Assembly: GCA_038245295.1 (NCBI GenBank)
Contig: JBBRSP010000009.1
Location: 168,241 to 232,240 of the forward strand
Length of the DNA: 64,000 nt
Origin: Candidatus Binatia bacterium
GTDB taxonomy: Bacteria > Desulfobacterota > Binatia > HRBIN30
Reading direction: 5' to 3'
Part shown: positions 41,177-51,061 of the stretch, one piece after another
Layout: each line of letters begins with the position of its first letter
Position numbering within the stretch: the stretch's first letter is position 1
Made by a program: the position numbers and the translations under genes
Notes under the pieces: model-generated
What the model was told of the DNA's origin: nothing
Seen by the model: the letters and a program-made list of their open reading frames with translations, nothing else
Database searches by the model: none

Positions 41177-42844
41177 TTCGTCGATGATCCGTATGTCGAG
41201 CCTGGGTTCACGCGCCCGCCGCTGACCGACGAAGTCGAGGTGGCCGTGATTGGCGGCGGCTTCGGCGGACTGCTGGTCGGGGCGCGACTGCGTCAGCTCG
41301 GCGTCAAGGACATCCGCGTCATCGAAAAGGGGGGCGACTTCGGCGGCACCTGGTACTGGAACCGATATCCAGGCGTGGCGTGCGACATCGAGTCGTACGT
41401 GTACATGCCGCTGCTTGAAGAGGTCGACTACATTCCCAGGGAGAAGTACAGCCGGGGATCCGAGATATTCGCTCACTGCAAGGCAATCGCCGAGAAGTTC
41501 GACCTCTACCGTAACGTTTGCTTCCAGACCGAAGTGACCGAGCTGCGATGGGACGCGCCCGGTTGTTGCTGGATCATCGCGACCAATCGCGGCGACGCCA
41601 TGAAGGCGCGGTTCGTCTGCTTGTCGAATGGCTTCCTACAAAAGCTGAAGCTGCCCGGCATCCCCGGAATCGAAACGTTCCAGGGGCATTCCTTCCACAC
41701 CAGCCGCTGGGACTATTCGTACACGGGCGGCGACTCGAACGGCAATCTGACAGGTCTCCACGGCAAGCGTGTTGGCATCATCGGCACCGGCGCGACGGCG
41801 GTGCAATGCATCCCTCACCTCGGTGCCGGCGCCTCTCACCTCTACGTCTTCCAGCGCACGCCGTCGTCCATCGACGTACGGGCCAACCGCCCGACGGATC
41901 CCGAATGGGCGAACCACCTCGAGCCCGGCTGGCACCAGAAGAGAATGGACAACTTCCAGATCCTCACCGCCGGCGGCTTCCAGGAAGAAGATCTGGTGAA
42001 CGACGGTTGGACGGACATCATGCGCAAATTGCTGTCGATGATGACGTCGACGGAACATTCCGACATCGGCCCGGAGACGCTGAGTCGAACCATGGAGATG
42101 GCCGACTTCCTCAAAATGGAGCAGATCCGGGCGCGTGTCGACGCGATCGTCAAGGACCCGGCAACGGCCGAGTCGCTAAAGCCCTACTACCGCCAGTTCT
42201 GCAAGCGCCCGTGCTTTCACGACGATTACCTGAAGACGTTCAACTAACCCAACGTCACGCTCGTCGATACCAACGGCAAGGGCGTTGAGCGCATCACGGA
42301 GAAGGGAGTCGTCGTCGATGGCAGGGAGTACGGACTCGATTGCCTCATCTATGCCACCGGCTTCGAAGTCGGGACCGACTATACGCGCCGTGCCGGCTAC
42401 CAGATCAACGGACGAGATGGCGTGACGTTGACGCAGAAGTGGAGCGACGGAGCGACGACGCTGCACGGCATCCACATCCACGGCTTCCCCAACTGCTTCA
42501 TGATGAGCATCGCCCAGTCCGGCTTCACCGTGAACTTTCCCTACCTGATCAACGAGCAGGCCAAGCACATCGCCTACGTCGTCGATCGCGCGCTCGAAAA
42601 GGGGCTGCGATCGCTCGAGGTCACGCAAGAGGCGGAAACCGAGTGGGTCGAAGCGGTCGTCGAGCGTTCGGGTCTGACCACCGACCTCAGCGAGAATTGC
42701 ACCCCAGGTTACTATAACAATGAAGGAATGCCCGGAAGAATCGGCCGGCAGAACGGTTTCTACTTCGGCGCACCGACGGAGTTCGTCGAAATCCTCGCGC
42801 AATGGCGAGCCGACGGTCGGTTGAAGGGTTTGGAATGCCGCTAG
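41177..42844 (+). pseudogene. Baeyer-Villiger monooxygenase pseudogene (in-frame TAA, N-terminus apparently lost)
   Basis: [29 protein letters not shown] fingerprint, GTGATA. TAA at 42245-42247 lies within KTFN*PNVTLVDT and the same frame continues (ATGF...CTPGYYNNEG) to 42844. Confidence 0.88.
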
Positions 42845-42872
42845 GCACACGTGCCGCCAAGGAGAGCAGACG

Positions 42873-43340
42873 ATGAACCGAAGCTTCCTCGATCTCGACC
42901 GCTACAAATGGCGGGAAGTTACCGGCGAGCCCGGTCAGTCCTTATTGATCCGCCACGACTACACCATTCTCGGCTGCGATCTGGCCGCGGGTACGCTCGA
43001 CATGTTGGTGCGCTGGAGGGGCGACGGCGGCCACTGCCCCATTCATCGACACGTCTCGACTACCACCGTCCTGGTGATCGCCGGCGAGCAACACCTGTGG
43101 GACCTGTCTCCGGACGGCACGCGTGGCGCGCATCGGGTGCGGCGTACCGGCGACTACGCACTCACGGTCGGCGACGACACGCTGCCGCATCTCGAGCGCG
43201 GCGGTGCGGAGGGCGGTGTCACCTTCTTCGGCAATCACTCCCGCGACGGGCGGCTCTACGAGATCTTCGACGAGGAGGGGAAGCTCGTTATGGACGTCAC
43301 GATGGAGTTGCTACTGGCAGATTGGCAGGCGAACAGCTGA
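42873..43340 (+). CDS. Cupin-like hypothetical protein
   Basis: HCPIHRH...GEQH...PHLE His pattern; GGAGAG RBS; coupled to the downstream ACAD. Confidence 0.65.
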   Translation: MNRSFLDLDRYKWREVTGEPGQSLLIRHDYTILGCDLAAGTLDMLVRWRGDGGHCPIHRHVSTTTVLVIAGEQHLWDLSPDGTRGAHRVRRTGDYALTVGDDTLPHLERGGAEGGVTFFGNHSRDGRLYEIFDEEGKLVMDVTMELLLADWQANS

Positions 43341-43341
43341 A

Positions 43342-44517
43342 ATGGAGTTAGATTTCACGGCGGAGCAGCGCAAATTCCGCGATGACCTGCGCGCCTATCT
43401 CTCCGAGTTGATGACCGGAGCGCTTGCGTGCGAAGTTGCCGGTGGGTTTGAGGGTGGTGGCCCGGAGTTTCGCAAGGCGATGAAGCGCATGGGCAAGGAC
43501 GGGTTGCTCGGTCTCAGCTGGCCGAAGCAGTACGGCGGCCAGGAGCGCTCCGCCATCGAGCAGTTCATCTTCGCTGACGAGATCCAGGCGGTCGGCTTTC
43601 CTCTCCCGTTCCTGACCCTGAACACGATCGGGCCGACGCTGCGCAAGTATGGAACCGAGGAACAACGGCAACACTTCCTGCCGAAGATCCTCGCCGGCGA
43701 GATCTTCTTTTCCGTCGGTTACTCCGAGCCCGGTGCCGGAACCGACCTCGCCGCCTTGCAGACCCGCGCCGTGCGCGACGGCGACGACTGGGTGATCAAC
43801 GGCCAGAAGATGTGGACCAGCCTGGCCGAATACGCCGACTACGTCTGGCTTGCCGCGCGCACGGATCCCGCCGCAGAGAAGCACAGCGGCCTCTCCATCT
43901 TCCTCGTGCCGACCGCGTCGAAGGGCTATTCACGGCAGCCGATTCTTACCGTCGGCGGCGTTTCCACCAATGCAACTTTCTATGACGATGTTCGCGTCCC
44001 CGCCGAGAACCTGATCGGCGGCGAGAACAACGGTTGGCGCCTGATCGTCGGGCAGCTCAATCATGAACGGATTTCGGTCATGACCGTCGGGCTGTTGCGA
44101 CGAAACCTCGAGGCGGTGACGCAGTGGGCCAGGGAAACCCAGATGGATGGCCGGCGCGTCATCGATAAGGATTGGGTACAGCAGAACCTGGCTCGCATCT
44201 ACGCCAAGGCCGAGGTGCTGCGTCTGATGAATTGGAAACAAGCCTGGGCGGCGGCGAAGGGGCAGCCGAACGTGGCGGATTCCTCGTCGATCAAGGTCTA
44301 CGGCAGTGAGCTGAATATCGAAGCCTATCGCGCCATGCTGGAGGTGACGGGCGCGGCAGGCATCCTGACCAATGGCAGCCCGGGGGCCGTGCTGCGAGGC
44401 AAGATCGAGTCTTCGTATCGCAACGGACTGATCCTCACGTTTGGCGCCGGGACGAACGAGGTCCAGCGCGACATCATCGCCATGGCCGGCCTCGGCCTAC
44501 CTCACTACAAGTACTGA
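43342..44517 (+). CDS. Acyl-CoA dehydrogenase (FadE26/FadE29-like catalytic subunit)
   Basis: GYSEPGAGTDLAALQTRA, NGQKMWTS, QLNHER, FGAGTNEVQRDII. Confidence 0.92.
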   Translation: MELDFTAEQRKFRDDLRAYLSELMTGALACEVAGGFEGGGPEFRKAMKRMGKDGLLGLSWPKQYGGQERSAIEQFIFADEIQAVGFPLPFLTLNTIGPTLRKYGTEEQRQHFLPKILAGEIFFSVGYSEPGAGTDLAALQTRAVRDGDDWVINGQKMWTSLAEYADYVWLAARTDPAAEKHSGLSIFLVPTASKGYSRQPILTVGGVSTNATFYDDVRVPAENLIGGENNGWRLIVGQLNHERISVMTVGLLRRNLEAVTQWARETQMDGRRVIDKDWVQQNLARIYAKAEVLRLMNWKQAWAAAKGQPNVADSSSIKVYGSELNIEAYRAMLEVTGAAGILTNGSPGAVLRGKIESSYRNGLILTFGAGTNEVQRDIIAMAGLGLPHYKY

Positions 44518-44558
44518 GCGATCCCGCATCAGCACTACAAAACGAGATGGATTGAGCC

Positions 44559-45692
44559 ATGGACTTCGGCATTCGAGAAGAAGAGCAGACAGTGATTGAC
44601 CTGGCGCGCAAAATCCTCGTGGACCGCGTGACCAACCAGCGGATGAAGGCACACGAGGCGAGCGGCGACGCCTACGATGCCACCCTGTGGCAGAGCCTGG
44701 TGCGATCGAATCTGCTCGGGACGGCAATCCCCGAGGCCTACGGTGGAACCGACCTCGGTTTCCTGGCGCTGTGCTTATTCCTGCAGGAGATCGGGCGGAC
44801 GGTGGCCCCGGTCCCCGTATTCCCCTCGCTCGTGCTCGGTGCCCTCCCGCTCGCCGAATTCGGCAGCGAGGCGCAGAAGCAAAAATGGTTGCCCGAGATT
44901 GCGCGCGGCGAGCGGATTGTGACGGCCGCGCTGAGTGAGTTCGAGTCAAGCGACCCCCGGGCGCCAAGGACTCGGGTCGAGTCGACGAGCGACGGATACT
45001 GTATCACCGGAATCAAAACGAATGTTCCGAGTGCCGAGCAAGCCTCGCAGATCCTCGTGCCGGGACGCTTTGACGACGGCTCGATCGGGTTGTTCTTCGT
45101 AGAGCCGCGAAGCGACGGCGTGACGCTGGCGACCCAGACGACGTCGGACCGCCAGCCGCACGCCCAGCTGCAACTGGTCGGCGTTCGCGTCACCGAGGAT
45201 GCGCGACTCGATTCGGAAGGGCGGGGAGCCGAGGCTCTGCGCTGGCTGTTCAACCGGGCCACGGCAGCGCGATGCATGATGCAGCTCGGCGTGACGGAGC
45301 GCGCGCTCGAGATGACCGCGGAGTACAGCCGCAACCGAATCCAGTTCGACCGTGCGCTCGGCAGCTTTCAGGCCTTCCACCAGCGCGCCGCCGATGCCTA
45401 CATCAACGTCGAGGCTGTCCGACTCAGCGCCTTGGAAGCGGTCTGGCGCCTCTCCCGGCAACTGCCTGCCGATGAACATGTCGCCGTCGCCAAGTTCTGG
45501 GCCGCTGAGGGTGGACAGTCGGCTGCCTTCGCCTGCCAGCATCTGCACGGCGGCATCGGCATCGACGTCGACTACCCCCTGCATCGCCATTTCTTGTGGG
45601 CCATCCAGATCGAGCACGAGCTCGGGTCGGCGCGGCACCAACTCGAGCGCCTGGGCAGGCAGATGGCGGCGAGCGGGTTGCCTACGGGCTAG
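44559..45692 (+). CDS. Acyl-CoA dehydrogenase (FadE27/FadE28-like partner subunit)
   Basis: RIQFDRALGSFQA, AKFWA, HLHGGIGIDVDYPLHR; degenerate N-terminal FAD motif. Confidence 0.88.
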   Translation: MDFGIREEEQTVIDLARKILVDRVTNQRMKAHEASGDAYDATLWQSLVRSNLLGTAIPEAYGGTDLGFLALCLFLQEIGRTVAPVPVFPSLVLGALPLAEFGSEAQKQKWLPEIARGERIVTAALSEFESSDPRAPRTRVESTSDGYCITGIKTNVPSAEQASQILVPGRFDDGSIGLFFVEPRSDGVTLATQTTSDRQPHAQLQLVGVRVTEDARLDSEGRGAEALRWLFNRATAARCMMQLGVTERALEMTAEYSRNRIQFDRALGSFQAFHQRAADAYINVEAVRLSALEAVWRLSRQLPADEHVAVAKFWAAEGGQSAAFACQHLHGGIGIDVDYPLHRHFLWAIQIEHELGSARHQLERLGRQMAASGLPTG

Positions 45693-46554
45693 AAATGTCT
45701 CTTAGCGGGTTGCCTGTGAATCGGTCACCAACCTCGCCGCGAAACCCGAAGACGAATGGGTGCGGCGAGTGCAAGAGGTGAACCAGCGTCTAACTTCGAC
45801 CCCGATCGGCGTCCAATCGAGACTCCGAGTGACGTCGTGGATATCCAATGTTCCCTGCGGCTTGTTTGATCTCTGGTGGGTCAATCTTGGATGCCGATCA
45901 GGCAGCAGACCTCAAGCCGATTGACAGACAGAGACGCAGATCAAAATGACGGATGTGTTCTTTTCTTCGATCTCTACCGCCATCGGATCCGTTGGGTTGG
46001 CACGGGTTGCTGCTGCGACCGATACTCTCCGACGGCTCGATGCAGGTGAAGTGATCGGGCGCCGCAAGCTAATCTGGAGGAACCTGGAAACATCTTACGA
46101 TCTGAGCGTTGGACCGTCCTGCTCTTGGCGTCCGCGACCGCGGCGATTTGTATCCTGCCCACCTCCGCAGGCCAACAAGTCGCTGAGCGGTGTCTTCATC
46201 CAAGGCGCTGATCTCATGGCACAATCGCCGGGTCTTATGGGTGGGTGTCCCACACGTACTCCCTCGTCGGGAGGGGCGTACTGGCTCAGGGGGTTCGGCG
46301 AGGAGTCCCATCGATGGCGAGAATTGCGGTAGTGTAGATCGGTCCCACGATTTTGATCGGAGAGTTGCGAAAGTTCGAACAATGGAACGGATTGAGGCAC
46401 CGGCACACGGCGAAAGCCGCCGGCAACAGCTACTCCCCGCGTCCTGTCGCCACCGCGCTTACCTTCGACTCTACGCGATTCTCACGATTGCCGGGAGAAT
46501 TGCGAGAATCGCAACCGCGTCCCTTAATCGGCCACGCCTCGACACGGCGCGAGC

Positions 46555-47192
46555 TCAAGCCTCGCCAGTCTGGTTTCCGCGCGGGTGTTGGCGGACGAAG
46601 GCCAGGCCGCGATTGCCGAAATGCCCGTGCCCTGCCATGCGCCGGGCCTGTTGGCTCAGCGCCCGGTCGAGGAGAAAGCCGCAGCGGGCCAGCGCTTCGA
46701 CCCAGTATTCCTCGGGCTGGCAGTTGACGTGGTGCCAACCCGGCTGACCCGGGGCGGCGTAGGTCATGAACACGTACTTGCGGCTGGAGGCAAAGGTGGC
46801 CAGAAAGTGGTCCGCGAAGCGCTCCTCGACGTGCTCGACGAACTCACAGCTCCACACCACGTCGAAGGTCCGCCGCGGGACGAACGGGCCGCGCACGAAG
46901 TCGTGTACGATATGTGATTCCGGAACGACACTGTCGCGCTTTGCCTGTGGACTTCCATCAACCGCGAGAACCTCGCAACCGGCATCACGAAAGAAGCGGG
47001 CGCAGTGACCTTCTCCACAGCCGACGTCGAGAAGCGTGCGTGCCCCGAGCTCGGCGACCATCCAGCGCCACATCTGCGGGTACCACGTGGCGGGATCGCC
47101 GTGTCGCAACGACGAAACCTCGGGGTCGGCGCGGATGTAACCGCCAAGGTGGCCTGCGTCGATGTTGGTTACGGGGGTGATGACCGAGTCAC
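46555..47192 (-). CDS. Class I SAM-dependent methyltransferase; the 5' end appears frameshifted
   Basis: LLDVGCGEG, VWSCEFVEHV, GWHHVNCQ. Upstream GHLGGYI...GDPATW is in frame but lacks a start; the coupled GTG 47192 is one base out of frame. Confidence 0.75.
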
Positions 47193-48916
47193 GCCGGCGC
47201 CCCGAGACCGACCGCGGCTTCCCACGCCGCCACCGTGCGCAGCCGTCCCAACCCGTACCGACCGAGGGTGCTCGGATCGCCGCCGACGTAGAACAACGCC
47301 TGGAGGCGGCGAAGCATTTCCTGCGTGCGCTCCGTCTGCCACCGAGTGCTTTTTGCTTCCCAGACCTTGTGCCGATTGCCGTCGGGATAGTTCGCGTAGT
47401 CGAGATGCCAGACCTGAATGTCGTCCGGCAGGTACATGTCGTAACCGTGTGTGAACGTGCGCAACGCGAGCGGCGCCTCGTGCCCCGCGTGGATCATCGC
47501 CGCGTCCTCCGGCACCTCGCGAATCCATGCCCCGTGGGTGAAGACGAAGTTGCAGCAGATGAGCCCGGTGCTCTGGTGACGGTCGGACTTACGCTGCGGG
47601 GACATCTGGATGTCAATCCAGCCGTCGGGCTCGATGCGCCTGCAGGTCAGCAAGGGAACGCCGTCGTACTCCGTGCCCGCCCACGGCAGAACGACGCGAC
47701 CCTGCGCATCGAAGGTGAAAGGGGGCGAGCTGGTGGTGAGCAGCGGCTTGCGTCCCGGCTTGCCTTCGAGTTGGTCGATGAGGTTCTCGTCCCAACCCGG
47801 CGCCAGATAGCTGTGCGAGTCGAGGAGCAGGTGATACTCCTCGCCGGCGTAGAGCTTCTGTATGTCGGCGCGAGCCCAGCCGTAGCCGAGACTGGCGTAG
47901 TACGGATAGCGGCGAATGCGGAAGCGTGGGTCGTCGCCATAGTCGTCGAGCTGCTCGTCCTCGTCGGCTTGCCAACAGATGCCGAAGGTCAAACGCTCCG
48001 GGTGTTGCGCTTGCCGGAGCAGGGAGTCGATCGTGAAGGGGAGGAACTGATCTCGGTAGGAGGCGATCGAAACGAAGATGCGCGGCCGAGCCGCTGGCTG
48101 GGGCGCGCGCGCCTTGAAGAAGCGTTGGTGGAACTCGAGGATGTGGTCGGCGCTCAAGCTGCGGAAATGGTAGTGGAAGGCGTTGGGCACCGGCCGATGC
48201 TCGTGCGGCGGCGCCTTCACATAGTCCACCGTGCCCTGTGGGCAGGGGAAAAAGATGTGGTCGGGGGTGAGCGGCCGTTGCTGCGCGATGTCCTCGAGGA
48301 AGGACGCCAGTCGAATCCGGCTCATGTGCGCCGCGATCCAATGTCCCATCGTGACATCGTCACGAAATCCGAAGGCGTTGCCTTCGATGATCTCGTTCCT
48401 GTGGCGCCCCAGCTCGCGCGCAACGTCGACCGACAGGATCATGGAGGCGCCGCTGACGAACGGCCCCGTCCCCGACACGTCTATCCCGATAGCGCCGGCC
48501 ACGACGCGCTGGGGAGACAGCGAATCTGCATAGCGGGCCAAGGTGTGCTGATCGACGTAACTAGCAGCACACACCGTGTAGATCAGGTCGTACCTGTCGG
48601 TTGCGGCGAGATGCGCGAAGGCGATCAGGCGTTTGCGTAAGATACAATCCACCTGCCGGCTCAACTGATCGGCGCAGCCGGCGATCAGCACGCCATCGAT
48701 CTCGCAGATACCGTCGTCCGCAACGACCGGTACCGCTCCACCAATGTGGCGCGATAGCACGTCGTACGCCTGTGGATCGCCGGGGTTGCCGTAGAGGTAG
48801 TAGATATCGAGGCCAGGCACCGTCGTACTGCCCCAGGTGCGCCGGATCGCCTCGATCAGCTCATCGTACGGGGGTGAAGCGCATGCGAGTACTACGATGG
48901 CGATGCGGTTCGACAT
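47189..48916 (-). CDS. Bifunctional glycosyltransferase: GT31-like N-domain plus GT60 (Skp1-hydroxyproline GlcNAc-transferase-like) C-domain
   Basis: N: AIRRTWG...FVSGASMILS...DDVTMG. C: IFVSIASYRD, PERLTFGICWQ, SLGYGWAR, EEYHLLLDSH, LRTFTHGYD. Confidence 0.78.
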   Translation of the reverse strand: MSNRIAIVVLACASPPYDELIEAIRRTWGSTTVPGLDIYYLYGNPGDPQAYDVLSRHIGGAVPVVADDGICEIDGVLIAGCADQLSRQVDCILRKRLIAFAHLAATDRYDLIYTVCAASYVDQHTLARYADSLSPQRVVAGAIGIDVSGTGPFVSGASMILSVDVARELGRHRNEIIEGNAFGFRDDVTMGHWIAAHMSRIRLASFLEDIAQQRPLTPDHIFFPCPQGTVDYVKAPPHEHRPVPNAFHYHFRSLSADHILEFHQRFFKARAPQPAARPRIFVSIASYRDQFLPFTIDSLLRQAQHPERLTFGICWQADEDEQLDDYGDDPRFRIRRYPYYASLGYGWARADIQKLYAGEEYHLLLDSHSYLAPGWDENLIDQLEGKPGRKPLLTTSSPPFTFDAQGRVVLPWAGTEYDGVPLLTCRRIEPDGWIDIQMSPQRKSDRHQSTGLICCNFVFTHGAWIREVPEDAAMIHAGHEAPLALRTFTHGYDMYLPDDIQVWHLDYANYPDGNRHKVWEAKSTRWQTERTQEMLRRLQALFYVGGDPSTLGRYGLGRLRTVAAWEAAVGLGAPA

Positions 48917-48974
48917 TCTGGTTGGGCTCACGGGCGCAAGAATGCCATCGACGGGGGAGCGGCGCTCGCCTCGC

Positions 48975-50114
48975 TCATGCCGGCTCCAGGTCCAGCGCTC
49001 CGACGTTGTGGAGCTGATCGATCACCGACTGGAGGCTGCCGCCCAAGGCGCCGGGCGCCAACTGGAAACGGTTTTCGAGTCGGCCCTGGAGGTCCGCCAG
49101 GTCGAGCTTACCGTCACAGAGCTCCCAAATGGCGGCCGCAGAGGGGTTTAGGGAGAGCGTGTCGGAGCGACCGGGTATCTCGAGCAGGGTGCGGTCGAGG
49201 ACGCGGCCGACACGCACGCCGGGACGCCGCCGCGGCCGCAGCATAGCGTGGTCGCCACCTGCCGCGCGCCGCGCGCAGTACTCTTCGAGCAGGGCAAGGA
49301 CCTCGTGTCCGCTTCCGGAGCTCGCGCGTCCGGGGTCGACGCTTGTCCACGGCTGGTAGAGATGCTGGTTCCACACACTGTCGCCGTCGGCCGACTCGAT
49401 AGGCTGACCGTAATGGATCAATACCGCCTGGCTTGGGCCCGCCCCCGTGTCGACGCCGAGATCGGTCACGGCGTGCGCGATACGAGCCTCGGCGGCGGCG
49501 ATCGCATAGGCCATGTCGGCAACGCGGTCGCTCTTGCCGTCGACTCCGGCCGCCATTTCCGCCCGGATGATGCTCATTAGCTCCAGCCACCTGGCAGCCA
49601 TCCGGCGCAAGTCGCTGGCGTGGATGAGCACCGGCAGGGTCACGGGCGGGAGCGCCAGCCTGCAGTCGACGCAGAAGTTCTCGAGGAACGCCAGGTTGGG
49701 CCCCAACCCGAAGTGCTCCGACCCTGATACCCCGCTGCCGTTGTCAGGCAAGGCCGGCCAGGCGGTCGCCCGCGCTTGCCCCGGCCCGACCTCGGTTTCC
49801 ACCGAAGCGCGGAACACGCTATCCGGCCGGACCAGCAGGATCGTACCGTCGATGCGCTCCGTGAACAGCCACTCGAGCAGCGCCGCGGCGGTGTTGTAGG
49901 GTGGGTAGCTGTCGCCGGTGTACGGGTGCGGCGACCAGCACGAGGTGGCAACGACACGCGCGAGGCGCTGGCGCGGGAGCGGCTCTCCCGGTGCGACGGC
50001 GGTCAAGCGGACCAACTCCCCCGGCTGCCGAACGCGGCCCCACGAGTACTCGAGGAGCTCGGAGCGCCACTGCGCCGCATCGTCGGCTATCGTGCAGAAG
50101 ACGGTGTAGATCAC
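48975..50114 (-). CDS. HPAT/SERGT (GT95/GT96)-like glycosyltransferase domain with C-terminal PqqD/RRE domain
   Basis: YTVF...QW...YSW..VRQPGELVRL...WSPHPYTGDSYPPYN...LEWL; C-terminal SLNPSAAAIWELCDG...QLHNVGAL. GTG 50114 overlaps the previous stop. Confidence 0.75.
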   Translation of the reverse strand: MIYTVFCTIADDAAQWRSELLEYSWGRVRQPGELVRLTAVAPGEPLPRQRLARVVATSCWSPHPYTGDSYPPYNTAAALLEWLFTERIDGTILLVRPDSVFRASVETEVGPGQARATAWPALPDNGSGVSGSEHFGLGPNLAFLENFCVDCRLALPPVTLPVLIHASDLRRMAARWLELMSIIRAEMAAGVDGKSDRVADMAYAIAAAEARIAHAVTDLGVDTGAGPSQAVLIHYGQPIESADGDSVWNQHLYQPWTSVDPGRASSGSGHEVLALLEEYCARRAAGGDHAMLRPRRRPGVRVGRVLDRTLLEIPGRSDTLSLNPSAAAIWELCDGKLDLADLQGRLENRFQLAPGALGGSLQSVIDQLHNVGALDLEPA

Positions 50115-51061
50115 CCGCCGCCTCCTGCTGCGACGGGAAGACCCACGAACTGAGGGGCGACCACACCACCGCGGAAATGGCCCCAGCCGAGGCGCGTGTC
50201 GGGATCGGGCTGGGCGGCGCGGTGTAACCACGTCGTGACGGCGAAACGACTGTCGGCAAACTCGCCGGACGGACAACGAACCGGCATCGCCTCGTGAAAC
50301 TCGGCGCTGCGGAAGACCACCATGCGATTGGAAATCGGCTCGACGCTCTCGAAGGTTGCGGCCGCTCGTCTCTCGCCGTCCTCCTCGATGCAGTCGTACA
50401 GTCGCAGCTCGCCCCCGGCGAAGCCGCGCGGCTGGCGGTGGACGTAGTAGATACACGACAGTTCTCGCGGGCACGTCGGCGACTCATCGGCATGCACCTT
50501 GTAGAACTGGCGGCTGCGCGCCGCGGTGAGCTGCGACTCCACCCCGCTCAAAGGTACAACAGGTACACCCAAGGTCCTGGCCAGCAGCGGATACCAGACG
50601 AGCAGCCGATTCTGCAGCATGCGCGCATGAGCCGAGTCGCCGAAGCGCGGAATCACGAGGTTCTGCCGGTGCCCTGCCGTGTCTCCGGCGACCGTGCCGG
50701 TCTCGAACTGTTCCTCCGATGCCACCGCAAGGACAAGCATGTCCGCGTGTTCCGCCGGGCTCAAGAAGTCATCGATGGCCATGTAGTGGGCGCGGCGAAT
50801 GATGATCGGTTGTGCCCCCCCCGTCGCGTGAGGCTGCACCAGCACCGGGGGTTCGCTGATCACCGAGACGACCTGGTCGGCGCGGAACGTGCACGCCACG
50901 GTTCCCTCTTGCAGCGGCAATTGGATCAGGTCGCGCGACGTCGGGGACGCCAGCGCCGCAAACAGGGCGCGCAGCTCGGCGGCGTCCTCCGCCAGTGCCA
51001 CCTCGTGGGTGTGGCCGCCGGCGAGCTGGACACGCAGTCGAATGGTGCGGACAGCGTTCAT
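50111..51061 (-). CDS. 2OG-Fe(II) oxygenase, prolyl-4-hydroxylase-like, with extra N-terminal domain
   Basis: FYKVHAD, SCIYYVH, GGELRLYD, PISNRMVVF, HEAMPV, RFAVTTW (HxD...H...R). Confidence 0.85.
   Translation of the reverse strand: MNAVRTIRLRVQLAGGHTHEVALAEDAAELRALFAALASPTSRDLIQLPLQEGTVACTFRADQVVSVISEPPVLVQPHATGGAQPIIIRRAHYMAIDDFLSPAEHADMLVLAVASEEQFETGTVAGDTAGHRQNLVIPRFGDSAHARMLQNRLLVWYPLLARTLGVPVVPLSGVESQLTAARSRQFYKVHADESPTCPRELSCIYYVHRQPRGFAGGELRLYDCIEEDGERRAAATFESVEPISNRMVVFRSAEFHEAMPVRCPSGEFADSRFAVTTWLHRAAQPDPDTRLGWGHFRGGVVAPQFVGLPVAAGGGG

Noticed and set aside
40948..41211. N-terminal extension of the hybrid kinase, and the 41096 start of the BVMO
   Set aside because: Both run through repeat DNA and overlap each other; neither resembles the respective family.
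42245..42247. Recoded stop (selenocysteine/pyrrolysine) in the BVMO
   Set aside because: The codon is TAA, at a non-catalytic position, in a gene that also appears 5'-truncated.
45700..46550. Possible gene or relic between the ACAD pair and the methyltransferase
   Set aside because: Only short ORFs without recognisable motifs; could be a degraded gene but cannot be supported.
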